DNA from: Eledone cirrhosa
Lineage: Eukaryota
Direction of reading: 5' to 3'
Length of the DNA: 64,000 bases
Assembly (NCBI GenBank): GCA_964016885.1
Contig: OZ024743.1
Span: forward strand, 330,398,001 to 330,462,000
Shown: positions 35,251 to 50,200 of the stretch, piece after piece
How positions within the stretch are numbered: position 1 is the first letter of the stretch
Layout of the letters: every line of letters starts with the position of its first letter
Notes under the pieces: model-generated
What the model was told of the DNA's origin: nothing
Seen by the model: only the letters and a program-made list of their open reading frames with translations
Databases searched by the model: none
Position numbers and translations under genes: made by a program

Positions 35251-38200
35251 GTGTGTATGAGAGAGTGTGTATGAGAGAGAGTGTGTATGAGAGAGAGTGT
35301 GTATGAGAGTGTGTATGAGAGAGTGTGTAAGAGAGAGAGTGTGCACGAGAGAGAGTGTATGAGAGAGAGTGTGTATGAGAGAGTGTAAGAGAGAGTGAGT
35401 ATTAGAGAGTGTGTATGAGAGAGAGTGTGTATGAGAGAGTGTATGAGAGAGAGTGTGTATGAGAGAGTGTGTATGAGAGAGTGTGTATGAGAGAGTGTGT
35501 ATGAGAGTGTGTATGAGAGAGTTTGTATGAGAGAGTGTGTATGAGAGAGAGTGTGTATGAGAGTGTTTATGAGAGTGTGTATGAGAGAGTGTGTATGAGA
35601 GAGAGTGAGTATGAGAGAGTGTGTATGAGAGAGAGTGTGTATGAGAGTGTGTATGAGAGAGTGTGTATGAGAAAGTGTGAGTATGAGAGAGTGTGTATGA
35701 GAGTGTGTAGGAGAGAGTGTGTATGAGAGTGTGTATGAGAAAGAGTGTGTATGAGAGAGTGTGTATGAGAGAGTGTGTATGAGAGTGTGTATGAGAGAGT
35801 GTGTATGAGAGAGAGAGTGTATGAGAGTGTGTATGAGAGAGTGTGTATGAGAGAGAGTGTGTATGTGAGAGTGTGTGTATGAGAGTGTGTATGAGAGAGT
35901 ATGTATGAGAGAGTGTGTATGAGAGAGAGTGAGTATGAGAGAGTGTGTATGAGAGAGAGTGTGTATGAGAGTGTGTATGAGAGAGAGTGTGTATGAGAGT
36001 GTGTATGAGAGAGAGTGAGTATGAGAGAGTGTGTATGAGAGAGAGTGTGTATGAGAGTGTGTATGAGAGTGTGTATGAGAGAGTGTGTATGAGAGAGAGT
36101 GTGTATGAGAGAGTGTGTATGAGAGCGAGTGTGTATGAGAGAGTATGTGTATGAGAGAGTGTGTATGAGAGAGAGTGTCTATGAGAAAGTGTGTATGAGA
36201 GAGAGTGTGTATGAGAGAGAGTGTGTATGAGAGTGTGTATGAGAGAGTGTGTATGAGAGAGAGTGTGTATGAGAGAGTGTGTATGAGAGAGTGTGTATGA
36301 GAGAGTGTATGAGAGAGAGTGTATATGACAGAGAGTATGTATGAGAGAGTGTGTATGAGAGAGTGTATGAGAGAGAGTGTGTATGAGAGAGAGTGTGTAT
36401 GAGAGAGTGTGTATGAGAGAGTGTGTATGAGAGAGTGCGTATGAGAGAGTGTGTATGAGAGGGAGTGTGTATGAGATAGTGTATGAGAGAGTGTGTATTA
36501 GAGAGTGTGTATGAGAGAGTGTATGAGAGAGAGTGTGTATGAGAGAGTGTGTATGAGAGTGTGTTTATAAGAGAGTGTGTATGAGAGGGAGTGTGTATGA
36601 GAGAGTATGTATGAGAGAGAGTGTATGAGAGAGAGTGTATGAGAGTGTGTATGAGAGAGTGTGTATGAGAGAGAGTGTGTATGAGAGAGTGTGTATGAGA
36701 GAGAGTGTGTATGAGAGAGAGTGTATGAGAGTGTGTATGAGAGAGTGTGTGTATGAGAGAGTGTGTATGAGAGAGTGTGTATGAGAGTGTGTATGAGAGA
36801 GTGTGTATGAGAGAGAGAGTGTATGAGAGTGTGTATGAGAGAGTGTGTATGAGAGAGAGTGTGTATGTGAGAGTGTGTGTATGAGAGTGTGTATGAGAGA
36901 GTATGTATGAGAGAGTGTGTATGAGAGAGAGTGAGTATGAGAGAGTGTGTATGAGAGAGAGTGTGTATGAGAGTGTGTATGAGAGAGAGTGTGTATGAGA
37001 GTGTGTATGAGAGAGAGTGAGTATGACAGAGTGTGTATGAGAGAGAGTGTGTATGAGAGTGTGTATGAGAGAGAGTGTGTATGAGAGTGTGTATGAGAGA
37101 GTGTGTATGAGAGAGAGTGTGTATGAGAGAGTGTGTATGAGAGCGAGTGTGTATGAGAGAGTATGTGTATGAGAGAGTGTGTATGAGAGAGAGTGTCTAT
37201 GAGAAAGTGTGTATGAGAGAGAGTGTGTATGAGAGAGAGTGTGTATGAGAGTGTGTATGAGAGAGTGTGTATGAGAGAGAGTGTGTATGAGAGAGTGTGT
37301 ATGAGAGAGTGTGTATGAGAGAGTGTATGAGAGAGAGTGTATATGACAGAGAGTATGTATGAGAGAGTGTGTATGAGAGAGTGTATGAGAGAGAGTGTAT
37401 ATGACAGAGAGTGTGTATGAGAGTGTGTATGAGAGAGTGTGTATGAGAGAGTGTGTATGAGAGTGAGTGTGTATCAGATAGTGTATGAGAGAGTGTGTAT
37501 TAGAGAGTGTGTATGAGAGAGTGTATGAGAGAGAGTGTGTATGAGAGAGTGTGTATGAGAGTGTGTTTATAAGAGAGAGTGTATGAGAGGGAGTGTATGA
37601 GAGTGTGTATGAGAGAGAGTGTGTATGAGAGAGTGTGTATGAGAGAGTGTGTATGAGTGAGTGTGTATGAGAGAGAGTGTGTATGAGAGAGAATGTATGA
37701 GAGAGAGTGTATGAGAGAGAGTGTATGAGAGTGTGTATGAGAGAGTGTGTATGAGAGAGAGTGTATATGAGAGAGTGTGTATGAGAGAGAGTGTGTATGA
37801 GAGAGTGTGTATGAGAGAGAGTGTATGAGAGTGTGTATGAGAGAGTGTGTGTATGAGAGAGTGTGTATGAGAGAGTGTGTATGAGAGTGTGTATGAGAGA
37901 GTGTGTATGAGAGAGAGAGTGTATGAGAGTGTGTATGAGAGAGCGTGTATGAGAGGGTGTGTATGAGAGTGAGTGTGTTTGAGAGTATGTATGAGAGAGT
38001 GTGTATGAGAGGGTGTGTATGAGAGTGAGTGTTTTTGAGAGTATGTATGAGAGAGTGTGTATGAGAGAGTGTGTATGAGAGAGTGTGTATGAGAGACAGT
38101 GTGTATGAGAGTATGTATGAGAGAGTGTATGGAGAGAGAGTGTGTATGTGAGAGAGTATGTATGAGAGAGTCTGTATGAGAGAGTGTATGAGAGAGAGTG

Positions 38201-41200
38201 TCTATTACAGAAAGTGTGTATGAGAGAGTGTGTATGAGAGAGTGTGTATGAGAGTGAGTGTGTATGAGGTAGTGTATGAGAGAGTGTGTATGAGAGAGTG
38301 TATGAGGGAGAGTGTGTATGAGAGAGAGTATGTATGAGAGAGTGTGTATGAGAGAGTGTATGAGAGAGAGTGTGTATTACAGAGAGTGTGTATGAGAGAG
38401 AGTATGTATGAGAGAGTGTGTATGAGAGAGAGTGAGTATGAGAGAGTGTGTATGAGAGAGAGTGTGTATGAGAGAGTGTGTGTATGAGAAAGAGTGTGTA
38501 TGAGAGTGTGTATGAGAGAGTGTGTAAGAGAGAGAGTGTGTATGACAGAGTGTGTATGAGAGAGCGTGTATGAGAGAGCGTGTGTATGAGAGAGTGTGTA
38601 TGAGAGAGTATGTATGAGAGAGAGTGTGTATGAGAGAGTGTGTATGAGAGAGAGTGTTTATGAGAGAGAGTGTGTATGTGAGTGAGTGTGTATGAGAGTG
38701 TGTATGAGAGAGCGTGTGTATGAGAGAGAGTGTGTATGAGAGAGTGTGTATGAGAGAGAGTGTGTATGAGAGAGAGTGTGTATGTGAGAGAGTGTGTATG
38801 AGAGTGTGTATGAGAGAGTATGTATGAGAGAGTGTGTATGAGAGAGAGTGAGTATGAGAGAGTGTGTATGAGAGAGAGTGTGTATGAGAGTGTGTATGAG
38901 AGAGAGTGTGGATGAGAGAGTGTGTATGAGAGAGAGTGTGTATGAGAGAGTGTGTATGAGAGAGAGTGTGTATGAGAGAGAGTGTGTATGAGAGTGTGTA
39001 TGAGAGAGTGTGTAAGAGAGAGAGTGTGTATGAGAGAGTGTGTATGAGAGAGCGTGTATGAGAGAGCGTGTGTATGAGAGAGTGTGTATGAGAGAGTGTG
39101 TATGAGAGAGAGTGTGTATGAGAGAGTGTATGAGAGTGTGTATGAGAGAGAGTGTGTATGAGAGAGTCTGTATGAGAGAGTGTGTATGAGAGAGAGTGTG
39201 TATGAGAGAGTGTGCATGAGAGAGTGTGTATGAGAGAGAGCGTGCACGAGAGAGAGTGTATGAGAGAGAGTGTGTACGAGAGAGTGTAAGAGAGAGTGAG
39301 TATGAGAGAGTGTGTATGAGAGAGAGTGTGTATGAGAGAGTGTATGAGAGAGAGTCTGTATGAGAGAGTGTGTATGAGAGAGTGTGTATGAGAGAGTGTG
39401 TATGAGAGTGTGTATGAGAGAGTTTGTATGAGAGAGTGTGTATGAGAGAGAGTGTGTATGAGAGTGTGTATGAGAGTGTGTATGAGAGAGTGTGTATGAG
39501 AGAGAGTGAGTATGAGAGAGTGTGTATGAGAGAGAGTGTGTATGAGAGTGTGTATGAGAGAGTGTGTATGAGAAAGTGTGAGTATGAGAGAGTGTGTATG
39601 AGAGTGTGTAGGAGAGAGTGTGTATGAGAGTGTGTATGAGAAAGATTGTGTATGAGAGAGTGTGTAGGAGAGTGTGTGTATGAGAGAGAGTGAGTATGAG
39701 AGAGTCTGTATGTGAAAAAGTGAGTATGAGAGAGTGTGTATGAGAGAGAGTGTGTATGAGAGAGTGTGTATGAGAGAGAGTGTGTATGAGAGAGTGTGTA
39801 TGAGAGAGTATGTATGAGAGAGAGCGAGAATGAGAGAGTGAGTATGAGAGAGAGTGTGTATGAGAGAGTGTGTATGAGAGTGTGTATGAGAGAGTGTGTA
39901 TGAGAGTTTGTGTATGAGAGAGAGTGCGTATGAGAGAGTGTGTATGAGAGAGAGTATGTATGAGAGAGTGTGTATGAGAGAGAGAGATTATGAGAGAGTG
40001 TGTATGAGAGAGAGTGTGTATGAGAGAGTGTGTATGAGAGAGAGTGTGTATGAAAGAGTGTATGAGGGAGAGTGTGTATGAGAGAGAGTATGTATGAGAG
40101 AGTGTGTATGAGAGAGTGTATGAGAGAGAGTGTGTATTACAGAGAGTGTGTATGAGAGAGTGTTTATGAGAGTGAGTATGAGAGAGTGTGTATGAGAGAG
40201 AGTATGTATGAGAGAGTGTGTATGACAGTGTGTGTATGAGAGAGCGTGTATGAGAGAGAGTGTGTATGAGAGTGTGTATGAGAGAGAGTGTGTATGAGAG
40301 AGTGTGTATGAGTGAGAGTGTGTATGAGAGAGTGTGTGTATGGGAAAGAGTGTGTATGAGAGTGTGTATGAGAGAGTGTGTAAGAGAGAGAGTGTGTATG
40401 ACAGAGTGTGTATGAGAGAGCGTGTATGAGAGAGCGTGTGTATGAGAGAGTGTGTATGAGAGAGTGTGTATGAGAGAGAGTGTGTATGAGAGTGTGTGTA
40501 TGAGAGAGAGTGTTTATGAGAGAGAGTGTGTATGTGAGAGAGTGTGTATGAGAGTGTGTATGAGAGAGCGTGTGTATGAGAGAGAGTGTGTATGAGAGAG
40601 TGTGTATGAGAGAGAGTGTGTATGAGAGAGAGTGTGTATGTGAGAGAGTGTGTATGAGAGTGTGTATGAGAGAGTATGTATGAGAGAGTGTGTATGAGAG
40701 AGAGTGAGTATGAGAGAGTGTGTATGAGAGAGAGTGTGTATGAGAGTGTGTATGAGAGAGAGTGTGGATGAGAGAGTGTGTATGAGAGAGAGTGTGTATG
40801 AGAGAGAGTGTGTATGAGAGTGTGTATGAGAGAGTGTGTAAGAGAGAGAGTGTGTATGAGAGAGTGTTTATGAGAGAGCGTGTATGAGAGAGCGTGTGTA
40901 TGAGAGAGTGTGTATGAGAGAGTGTGTATGAGAGAGAGTGTGTATGAGAGAGTGTATGAGAGTGTGTATGAGAGAGAGTGTGTATGAGAGAGTCTGTATG
41001 AGAGAGTGTGTATGAGAGAGAGTGTGTATGAGAGAGTGTGCATGAGAGAGTGTGTATGAGAGAGAGTGTGCACGAGAGAGAGTGTATGAGAGAGAGTGTG
41101 TACGAGAGAATGTAAGAGAGAGTGAGTATGAGAGAGTGTGTATGAGAGAGAGTGTGTATGAGGGAGTGTATGAGAGAGAGTCTGTATGAGAGAGTGTGTA

Positions 41201-44200
41201 TGAGAGAGTGTGTATGAGAGAGTGTGTATGAGAGTGTGTATGAGAGAGTTTGTATGAGAGAGTGTGTATGAGAGAGAGTTTGTATGAGAGTGTGTATGAG
41301 AGTGTGTATGAGAGAGTGTGTATGAGAGAGAGTGAGTATGAGAGAGTGTGTATGAGAGAGAGTGTGTATGAGAGTGTGTATGAGAGAGTGTGTATGAGAA
41401 AGTGTGAGTATGAGAGTGTGTGTATGAGAGTGTGTAGGAGAGAGTGTGTATGAGAGTGTGTATGAGAAAGAGTGTGTATGAGAGAGTGTGTAGGAGAGTG
41501 TGTGTATGAGAGAGAGTGAGTATGAGAGAGTCTGTATGTGAAAAAGTGAGTATGAGAGAGTGTGTATGAGAGAGAGTGTGTATGAGAGAGTGTGTATGAG
41601 AGAGAGTGTGTATGAGAGAGTGTGTATGAGAGAGTATGTATGAGAGAGAGCGAGAATGAGAGAGTGAGTATGATAGAGAGTGTGTATGAGAGAGTGTGTA
41701 TGAGAGTGTGTATGAGAGAGTGTGTATGAGAGTTTGTGTATGAGAGAGAGTGCGTATGAGAGAGTGTGTATGAGAGAGAGTATGTATGAGAGAGTGTGTA
41801 TGAGAGAGAGTGAGTATGAGAGAGTGTGTATGAGAGAGAGTGTGTATGAGAGAGTGTGTATGAGAGAGAGTGAGTATGAGAGATTGTGTATGAGAGAGAG
41901 TGTGTATGAGAGAGTGTATGAGGGAGAGTGTGTATGAGAGAGAGTATGTATGAGAGAGTGTGTATGAGAGAGTGTATGAGAGAGAGTGTGTATTACAGAG
42001 AGTGTGTATGAGAGAGTGTTTATGAGAGTGAGTATGAGAGAGTGTGTATGAGAGAGAGTATGTATGAGAGAGTGTGTATGACAGAGTGTGTATGAGAGAG
42101 TGTGTATGAGAGAGTGTGTATGAGAGAGAGTGTGTATGAGAGTGTGTGTATGAGAGAGAGTGTTTATGAGAGAGAGTGTGTATTTGAGAGAGTGTGTATG
42201 AGAGTGTTTATGAGAGAGAGTGTGTATGAGAGAGAGTGTGTATGAGAGAGTGTGTATGAGAGAGAGTGTGTATGAGAGAGAGTGTGTATGTGAGAGAGTG
42301 TGTATGAGAGTGTGTATGAGAGAGTATGTATGAGAGAGTGTGTATGAGAGAGAGTGAGTATGAGAGAGTGTGTATGAGAGAGAGTGTGTATGAGAGTGTG
42401 TATGAGAGAGAGTGTGGATGAGAGAGTGTGTATGAGAGAGAGTGTGTATGAGAGAGAGTGTGTATGAGAGTGTGTATGAGAGAGTGTGTAAGAGAGAGAG
42501 TGTGTATGAGAGAGTGTTTATGAGAGAGCGTGTATGAGAGAGCGTGTGTATGAGAGAGTGTGTATGAGAGAGTGTGTATGAGAGAGAGTGTGTATGAGAG
42601 AGTGTATGAGAGTGTGTATGAGAGAGAGTGTGTATGAGAGAGTCTGTATGAGAGAGTGTGTATGAGAGAGAGTGTGTATGAGAGAGTGTGCATGAGAGAG
42701 TGTGTATGAGAGAGAGTGTGCACGAGAGAGAGTGTATGAGAGAGAGTGTGTACGAGAGAATGTAAGAGAGAGTGAGTATGAGAGAGTGTGTATGAGAGAG
42801 AGTGTGTATGAGAGAGTGTATGAGAGAGAGTCTGTATGAGAGAGTGTGTATGAGAGAGTGTGTATGAGAGAGTGTGTATGAGAGTGTGTATGAGAGAGTT
42901 TGTATGAGAGAGTGTGTATGAGAGAGAGTTTGTATGAGAGTGTGTATGAGAGTGTGTATGAGAGAGTGTGTATGAGAGAGAGTGAGTATGAGAGAGTGTG
43001 TATGAGAGAGAGTGTGTATGAGAGTGTGTATGAGAGAGTGTGTATGAGAAAGTGTGAGTATGAGAGTGTGTGTATGAGAGTGTGTAGGAGAGAGTGTGTA
43101 TGAGAGTGTGTATGAGAAAGAGTGTGTATGAGAGAGTGTGTAGGAGAGTGTGTGTATGAGAGAGAGTGAGTATGAGAGAGTCTGTATGTGAAAAAGTGAG
43201 TATGAGAGAGTGTGTATGAGAGAGAGTGTGTATGAGAGAGTGTGTATGAGAGAGAGTGTGTATGAGAGAGTGTGTATGAGAGAGTATGTATGAGAGAGAG
43301 CGAGAATGAGAGAGTGAGTATGATAGAGAGTGTGTATGAGAGAGTGTGTATGAGAGTGTGTATGAGAGAGTGTGTATGAGAGTTTGTGTATGAGAGAGAG
43401 TGCGTATGAGAGAGTGTGTATGAGAGAGAGTATGTATGAGAGAGTGTGTATGAGAGAGAGTGAGTATGAGAGAGTGTGTATGAGAGAGAGTGTGTATGAG
43501 AGAGTGTGTATGAGAGAGAGTGAGTATGAGAGATTGTGTATGAGAGAGAGTGTGTATGAGAGAGTGTATGAGGGAGAGTGTGTATGAGAGAGAGTATGTA
43601 TGAGAGAGTGTGTATGAGAGAGTGTATGAGAGAGAGTGTGTATTACAGAGAGTGTGTATGAGAGAGTGTTTATGAGAGTGAGTATGAGAGAGTGTGTATG
43701 AGAGAGAGTATGTATGAGAGAGTGTGTATGACAGAGTGTGTATGAGAGAGTGTGTATGAGAGAGTGTGTATGAGAGAGAGTGTGTATGAGAGTGTGTGTA
43801 TGAGAGAGAGTGTTTATGAGAGAGAGTGTGTATTTGAGAGAGTGTGTATGAGAGTGTTTATGAGAGAGAGTGTGTATGAGAGAGAGTGTGTATGAGAGAG
43901 TGTGTATGAGAGAGAGTGTGTATGAGAGAGAGTGTGTATGTGAGAGAGTGTGTATGAGAGTGTGTATGAGAGAGTATGTATGAGAGAGTGTGTATGAGAG
44001 AGAGTGAGTATGAGAGAGTGTGTATGAGAGAGAGTGTGTATGAGAGTGTGTATGAGAGAGAGTGTGGATGAGAGAGTGTGTATGAGAGAGAGTGTGTATG
44101 AGAGAGTGTGTATGAGAGAGAGTGTGTATGAGAGAGAGTGTGTATGAGAGTGTGTATGAGAGAGTGTGTAAGAGAGAGAGTGTGCACGAGAGAGAGTGTA

Positions 44201-47200
44201 TGAGAGAGAGTGTGTATGAGAGAGTGTAAGAGAGAGTGAGTATGAGAGAGTGTGTATGAGAGAGAGTGTGTATGAGAGAGTGTATGAGAGAGAGTGTGTA
44301 TGAGAGAGTGTGTATGAGAGAGTGTGTATGAGAGAGTGTGTATGAGAGTGTGTATGAGAGAGTTTGTATGAGAGAGTGTGTATGAGAGAGAGTGTGTATG
44401 AGAGTGTTTATGAGAGTGTGTATGAGAGAGTGTGTATGAGAGAGAGTGAGTATGAGAGAGTGTGTATGAGAGAGAGTGTGTATGAGAGTGTGTATGAGAG
44501 AGTGTGTATGAGAAAGTGTGAGTATGAGAGAGTGTGTATGAGAGTGTGTAGGAGAGAGTGTGTATGAGAGTGTGTATGAGAAAGAGTGTGTATGAGAGAG
44601 TGTGTATGAGAGAGTGTGTATGAGAGTGTGTATGAGAGAGTGTGTATGAGAGAGAGAGTGTATGAGAGTGTGTATGAGAGAGTGTGTATGAGAGAGAGTG
44701 TGTATGTGAGAGTGTGTGTATGAGAGTGTGTATGAGAGAGTATGTATGAGAGAGTGTGTATGAGAGAGAGTGAGTATGAGAGAGTGTGTATGAGAGAGAG
44801 TGTGTATGAGAGTGTGTATGAGAGAGAGTGTGTATGAGAGTGTGTATGAGAGAGAGTGAGTATGAGAGAGTGTGTATGAGAGAGAGTGTGTATGAGAGTG
44901 TGTATGAGAGTGTGTATGAGAGAGTGTGTATGAGAGAGAGTGTGTATGAGAGAGTGTGTATGAGAGCGAGTGTGTATGAGAGAGTATGTGTATGAGAGAG
45001 TGTGTATGAGAGAGAGTGTCTATGAGAAAGTGTGTATGAGAGAGAGTGTGTATGAGAGAGAGTGTGTATGAGAGTGTGTATGAGAGAGTGTGTATGAGAG
45101 AGAGTGTGTATGAGAGAGTGTGTATGAGAGAGTGTGTATGAGAGAGTGTATGAGAGAGAGTGTATATGACAGAGAGTATGTATGAGAGAGTGTGTATGAG
45201 AGAGTGTATGAGAGAGAGTGTGTATGAGAGAGAGTGTGTATGAGAGAGTGTGTATGAGAGAGTGTGTATGAGAGAGTGTATGAGAGAGAGTGTATATGAC
45301 AGAGAGTATGTATGAGAGAGTGTGTATGAGAGAGTGTGTATGAGAGTGAGTGTGTATCAGATAGTGAGTGTGTATGAGATAGTGTATGAGAGAGTGTGTA
45401 TTAGAGAGTGTGTATGAGAGAGTGTATGAGAGAGAGAGTGTGTATGAGAGAGTGTGTATGAGAGTGTGTTTATAAGAGAGTGTGTATGAGAGGGAGTGTA
45501 TGAGAGTGTGTATGAGAGAGAGTGTGTATGAGAGAGTGTGTATGAGAGAGTGTGTATGAGTGAGTGTGTATGAGAGAGAGTGTGTATGAGAGAGAATGTA
45601 TGAGAGAGAGTGTATGAGAGAGAGTGTATGAGAGTGTGTATGAGAGAGTGTGTATGAGAGAGAGTGTGTATGAGAGAGTGTGTATGAGAGAGAGTGTGTA
45701 TGAGAGAGTGTGTATGAGAGAGAGTGTATGAGAGTGTGTATGAGAGAGTGTGTGTATGAGAGAGTGTGTATGAGAGAGTGTGTATGAGAGTGTGTATGAG
45801 AGAGTGTGTATGAGAGAGAGAGTGTATGAGAGTGTGTATGAGAGAGTGTGTATGAGAGGGTGTGTATGAGAGTGAGTGTGTTTGAGAGTATGTATGAGAG
45901 AGTGTGTATGAGAGGGTGTGTATGAGAGTGAGTGTTTTTGAGAGTATGTATGAGAGAGTGTGTATGAGAGAGTGTGTATGAGTGAGAGTGTGTATGAGAG
46001 AGTGTGTATGAGAGACAGTGTGTATGAGAGTATGTATGAGAGAGTGTATGAGAGAGAGTGTGTATGTGAGAGAGTATGTATGAGAGAGTCTGTATGAGAG
46101 AGTGTATGAGAGAGAGTGTCTATTACAGAAAGTGTGTATGAGAGAGTGTGTATGAGAGAGTGTGTATGAGAGTGAGTGTGTATGAGGTAGTGTATGAGAG
46201 AGTGTGTATGAGAGAGTGTATGAGGGAGAGTGTGTATGAGAGAGAGTATGTATGAGAGAGTGTGTATGAGAGAGAGTGAGTATGAGAGAGTGTGTATGAG
46301 AGAGAGTGTGTATGAGAGTGTGTATGAGAGAGAGTGTGTATGAGAGAGTGTGTATGAGAGAGAGTGTGTATGAGAGAGTGTGTGTATGAGAAAGAGTGTG
46401 TATGAGAGTGTGTATGAGAGAGTGTGTAAGAGAGAGAGTGTGTATGACAGAGTGTGTATGAGAGAGCGTGTATGAGAGAGCGTGTGTATGAGAGAGTGTG
46501 TATGAGAGAGTGTGTATGAGAGAGAGTGTGTATGAGAGTGTGTGTATGAGAGAGAGTGTTTATGAGAGAGAGTGTGTATGTGAGAGAGTGTGTATGAGAG
46601 TGTGTATGAGAGAGCGTGTGTATGAGAGAGAGTGTGTATGAGAGAGTGTGTATGAGAGAGAGTGTGTATGAGAGAGAGTGTGTATGTGAGAGAGTGTGTA
46701 TGAGAGTGTGTATGAGAGAGTATGTATGAGAGAGTGTGTATGAGAGAGAGTGAGTATGAGAGAGTGTGTATGAGAGAGAGTGTGTATGAGAGTGTGTATG
46801 AGAGAGAGTGTGGATGAGAGAGTGTGTATGAGAGAGAGTGTGTATGAGAGAGTGTGTATGAGAGAGAGTGTGTATGAGAGAGAGTGTGTATGAGAGTGTG
46901 TATGAGAGAGTGTGTAAGAGAGAGAGTGTGTATGAGAGAGTGTGTATGAGAGAGCGTGTATGAGAGAGCGTGTGTATGAGAGAGTGTGTATGAGAGAGTG
47001 TGTATGAGAGAGAGTGTGTATGAGAGAGTGTATGAGAGTGTGTATGAGAGAGAGTGTGTATGAGAGAGTCTGTATGAGAGAGTGTGTATGAGAGAGAGTG
47101 TGTATGAGAGAGTGTGCATGAGAGAGTGTGTATGAGAGAGAGTGTGCACGAGAGAGAGTGTATGAGAGAGAGTGTGTACGAGAGAGTGTAAGAGAGAGTG

Positions 47201-50200
47201 AGTATGAGAGAGTGTGTATGAGAGAGAGTGTGTATGAGAGAGTTATGAGAGAGCGTCTGTATGAGAGAGTGTGTATGAGAGTGTGTATGAGAGAGTTTGT
47301 ATGAGAGAGTGTGTATGAGAGAGAGTGTGTATGAGAGTGTGTATGAGAGTGTGTATGAGAGAGTGTGTATGAGAGAGAGTGAGTATGAGAGAGTGTGTAT
47401 GAGAGAGAGTGTGTATGAGAGTGTGTATGAGAGAGTGTGTATGAGAAAGTGTGAGTATGAGAGAGTGTGTATGAGAGTGTGTAGGAGAGAGTGTGTATGA
47501 GAGTGTGTATGAGAAAGATTGTGTATGAGAGAGTGTGTAGGAGAGTGTGTGTATGAGAGAGAGTGAGTATGAGAGAGTCTGTATGTGAAAAAGTGAGTAT
47601 GAGAGAGTGTGTATGAGAGAGAGTGTGTATGAGAGAGTGTGTATGAGAGAGAGTGTGTATGAGAGAGTGTGTATGAGAGAGTATGTATGAGAGAGAGCGA
47701 GAATGAGAGAGTGAGTATGAGAGAGAGTGTGTATGAGAGAGTGTGTATGAGAGTTTGTGTATGAGAGAGAGTGCGTATGAGAGAGTGTGTATGAGAGAGA
47801 GTATGTATGAGAGAGTGTGTATGAGAGAGAGTGAGTATGAGAGAGTGTGTATGAGAGAGAGTGTGTATGAGAGAGTGTGTATGAGAGAGAGTGAGTATGA
47901 GAGAGTGTGTATGAGAGAGAGTGTGTATGAGAGAGTGTATGAGGGAGAGTGTGTATGAGAGAGAGTATGTATGAGAGAGTGTGTATGAGAGAGTGTATGA
48001 GAGAGAGTGTGTATTACAGAGAGTGTGTATGAGAGAGTGTTTATGAGAGTGAGTATGAGAGAGTGTGTATGAGAGAGAGTATGTATGAGAGAGTGTGTAT
48101 GACAGAGTGTGTATGAGAGAGCGTGTATGAGAGAGAGTGTGTATGAGAGTGTGTATGAGAGAGAGTGTGTATGAGAGAGTGTGTATGAGAGAGAGTGTGT
48201 ATGAGAGAGTGTGTGTATGAGAAAGAGTGTGTATGAGAGTGTGTATGAGAGAGTGTGTAAGAGAGAGAGTGTGTATGACAGAGTGTGTATGAGAGAGCGT
48301 GTATGAGAGAGCGTGTGTATGAGAGAGTGTGTATGAGAGAGTGTGTATGAGAGAGAGTGTGTATGAGAGTGTGTGTATGAGAGAGAGTGTTTATGAGAGA
48401 GAGTGTGTATGTGAGAGAGTGTGTATGAGAGTGTGTATGAGAGAGCGTGTGTATGAGAGAGAGTGTGTATGAGAGAGTGTGTATGAGAGAAAGTGTGTAT
48501 GAGAGAGAGTGTGTATGTGAGAGAGTGTGTATGAGAGTGTGTATGAGAGAGTATGTATGAGAGAGTGTGTATGAGAGAGAGTGAGTATGAGAGAGTGTGT
48601 ATGAGAGAGAGTGTGTATGAGAGTGTGTATGAGAGAGAGTGTGGATGAGAGAGTGTGTATGAGAGAGAGTGTGTATGAGAGAGAGTGTGTATGAGAGTGT
48701 GTATGAGAGAGTGTGTAAGAGAGAGAGTGTGTATGAGAGAGTGTGTATGAGAGAGCGTGTATGAGAGAGCGTGTGTATGAGAGAGTGTGTATGAGAGAGT
48801 GTGTATGAGAGAGAGTGTGTATGAGAGAGTGTATGAGAGTGTGTATGAGAGAGAGTGTGTATGAGAGAGTCTGTATGAGAGAGTGTGTATGAGAGAGAGT
48901 GTGTATGAGAGAGTGTGCATGAGAGAGTGTGTATGAGAGAGAGTGTGCACGAGAGAGAGTGTATGAGAGAGAGTGTGTACGAGAGAATGTAAGAGAGAGT
49001 GAGTATGAGAGAGTGTGTATGAGAGAGAGTGTGTATGAGAGAGTGTATGAGAGAGAGTCTGTATGAGAGAGTGTGTATGAGAGAGTGTGTATGAGAGAGT
49101 GTGTATGAGAGTGTGTATGAGAGAGTTTGTATGAGAGAGTGTGTATGAGAGAGAGTTTGTATGAGAGTGTGTATGAGAGTGTGTATGAGAGAGTGTGTAT
49201 GAGAGAGAGTGAGTATGAGAGAGTGTGTATGAGAGAGAGTGTGTATGAGAGTGTGTATGAGAGAGTGTGTATGAGAAAGTGTGAGTATGAGAGTGTGTGT
49301 ATGAGAGTGTGTAGGAGAGAGTGTGTATGAGAGTGTGTATGAGAAAGAGTGTGTATGAGAGAGTGTGTAGGAGAGTGTGTGTATGAGAGAGAGTGAGTAT
49401 GAGAGAGTCTGTATGTGAAAAAGTGAGTATGAGAGAGTGTGTATGAGAGAGAGTGTGTATGAGAGAGTGTGTATGAGAGAGAGTGTGTATGAGAGAGTGT
49501 GTATGAGAGAGTATGTATGAGAGAGAGCGAGAATGAGAGAGTGAGTATGATAGAGAGTGTGTATGAGAGAGTGTGTATGAGAGTGTGTATGAGAGAGTGT
49601 GTATGAGAGTTTGTGTATGAGAGAGAGTGCGTATGAGAGAGTGTGTATGAGAGAGAGTATGTATGAGAGAGTGTGTATGAGAGAGAGTGAGTATGAGAGA
49701 GTGTGTATGAGAGAGAGTGTGTATGAGAGAGTGTGTATGAGAGAGAGTGAGTATGAGAGAGTGTGTATGAGAGAGAGTGTGTATGAGAGAGTGTATGAGG
49801 GAGAGTGTGTATGAGAGAGAGTATGTATGAGAGAGTGTGTATGAGAGAGTGTATGAGAGAGAGTGTGTATTACAGAGAGTGTGTATGAGAGAGTGTTTAT
49901 GAGAGTGAGTATGACAGAGTGTGTATGAGAGAGAGTATGTATGAGAGAGTGTGTATGACAGAGTGTGTATGAGAGAGCGTGTATGAGAGAGCGTGTGTAT
50001 GAGAGAGTGTGTATGAGAGAGTGTGTATGAGAGAGAGTGTGTATGAGAGTGTGTGTATGAGAGAGAGTGTTTATGAGAGAGAGTGTGTATTTGAGAGAGT
50101 GTGTATGAGAGTGTTTATGAGAGAGAGTGTGTATGAGAGAGAGTGTGTATGAGAGAGTGTGTATGAGAGAGAGTGTGTATGAGAGAGAGTGTGTATGTGA